Positions 62,512 through 64,000 of a stretch of 64,000 nt of DNA are shown here, one piece after another. The position numbers and the translations under genes were made by a program. Below the pieces are notes generated by a model. It ran no database searches. It saw only the letters and a list, made by a program, of their open reading frames with translations, and was not told the origin of the DNA. This stretch comes from Botryllus schlosseri (lineage: Eukaryota), in the NCBI GenBank assembly GCA_051294905.1, contig CM119372.1, positions 32,552,001-32,616,000 of the forward strand. Reading direction: 5' to 3'. Numbering within the stretch: position 1 is the stretch's first letter; each line of letters begins with the position of its first letter.

Positions 62512-62749
62512 GGCTAGGCATTCACAAAGCGAAAACACAGAAGAGAATTTGATTTTCGCAGAGACTCCGCTATATATGGGAATTTACAAGCGAAAGCACG
62601 AGAAGAATGCGATTTTCGCTGTGATTTCGGTACAGCCTATATTGATTGCTGTGCGTCTATAAATTGTAAATAATTGGTATTGAAGAGAATTTTAGGTGGG
62701 GCAATGCCCCAGTTGCCCTATAGGATGAGCAGCCACTGCTTGATATGAT

Positions 62750-63165
62750 CAAGTGCAGAGCCGGTAATAAAACGTCGCATTAATGTTTTGATGCAGTATG
62801 CAGCAATACCGTGGAGTGAGTTCTCATGCGACTATGACGTTTTCGATAGTCGACCCACACAAATAACGGTTCGGCGAGACGACCCCGGCGCAACGGTAGT
62901 TATTGACTGCATGACTGAACCATTCGATAGATCACGAAGCTGGAGCCGGAGCCTGAGCAGCGGTATCAATGAACTCCGGTGCTTGGAGCCGGAGCTGGAG
63001 CAGGTTGAAATTTTGCTAGTTCCAAACAGGGCTTTGGAGCAGCCGTAAATTTGCATTGCTCCAGCTCCGGCTCCGGAGCTTTTTTCTATCATACATTAGC
63101 TCCGGCTCCAGCTCCGGAGCCGCATTATTACCACTGCTTCGGCTCCAGCTCCGGCTCCGGCCTTG
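62750..63165. mobile_element. GGAGCC-repeat MITE fragments (two adjacent ends)
   Basis: 62750-63025 matches 20065-20410. A new end CAGGGCTTTGGAGC starts at 63027 with GCTCCG arrays. Confidence 0.65.
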
Positions 63166-63192
63166 AAAACTATCGAAGGTGTCTGTCTATAT

Positions 63193-63874
63193 CAGGGGTG
63201 GGTAACCCGCTGCCTGCGGGCCATATGTGACCTACGAGAAGGTTTTTGGTCGCCCGCGAGCCAATTTCCCATTATATTATCGAAATTGAATTGCTCAGAT
63301 TGTGAACTTGCAAGGCCAACCAAAAATATGATTAGTCTGGCCGCGACACTTGGGATGTTGATCACTAAAATATCAGTTCCGACGCATTGGCAGATCCAGG
63401 GTCCAGTCACATTTTAGTAAATCGTCGTACATTTCAATAAACTAAAAAAGTAGTAAAATTTTTCTTCACGCTTCGCGTGTTTAATTGTCCCACGATTTCA
63501 TTCTTTGTAGCCTACCCCCACCTGAAAATGAAAAAACGCCTGATTTAGCCGATTGAGTCTAACTATAGATTATTCGCAATTAGGGGAGAAAGTATTTTCG
63601 CGTTTGCGCTCGCAGAAAGATCGTCGACGATGAAATGTAGGCACAAAATGATTGTCGTATATTAGCGGAAATCTTCGATACCGATATGTCCAGATGCCGA
63701 ATAGCCCTGTCCTTGCAAACTGAGCCCAGCGGGCGGTATACAGTCGACCAGCAATATACCCAAGTAATAATAATGTTAACTTTGAAAATTATACGCGCCT
63801 GGCGCGGCTAGTGGGCAACGCACTCGTTCGTCTACTTCATGCGGCCCTTTAGCCGAAAAGGTTGGCCACCTCTG
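63193..63874. mobile_element. Buster/Charlie-type non-autonomous hAT
   Basis: TIRs CAGGGGTGGGTAACC / GGTTGGCCACCTCTG; 7/8 TSD GTCTATAT / GTCTACAT. Confidence 0.8.
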
Positions 63875-64000
63875 GTCTACATAGATTGCTAATTTACCCG
63901 TAGGATAGTCATCTATAGTAATCTAGAGTCTGTAAGCCGTCAGTAACATCGGATGCAGTAACGAAGACATAGGTGCCGCCGTGCCAGCTTGTGACGACAT

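Larger units (their letters stand above)
57970..62738 (-). mobile_element. Composite deleted hAT transposon with three nested MITEs
   Basis: TIRs CAGTGGCGGTTC / GAGCAGCCACTG; perfect TSD CTTGATAT; transposase C-terminal remnant inside. Confidence 0.8.

Overview
AT-rich eukaryotic (invertebrate animal) genomic DNA. Minimal introns of ~60 bp suggest an ascidian-like genome, but that is inference. The main host gene is a minus-strand, 13-exon, multi-pass amino-acid permease of the APC superfamily (AAAP/HAAAP-like; 27770-49707; first exon not located). It is flanked by an intact orphan copy of its last two exons (9036-10299) and a pseudogenic copy of its last exon (56732-56949). Most of the rest is transposon-derived. 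There is a very young gag-only BEL/Pao LTR element (427-bp LTRs, ATACT TSD) whose primer-binding position is complementary to its own LTR rather than to a tRNA. There are two complementary pieces of an I-group LINE (ORF1 + endonuclease/RT; RNase H + TAA tail), tRNA-derived SINEs, and more than 15 non-autonomous hAT elements/MITEs with 8-bp TSDs, often nested. Several unrelated MITE families share a CGCGC-GNA-GCGCG mini-hairpin motif. All calls were made by eye; no database searches or alignments were run.
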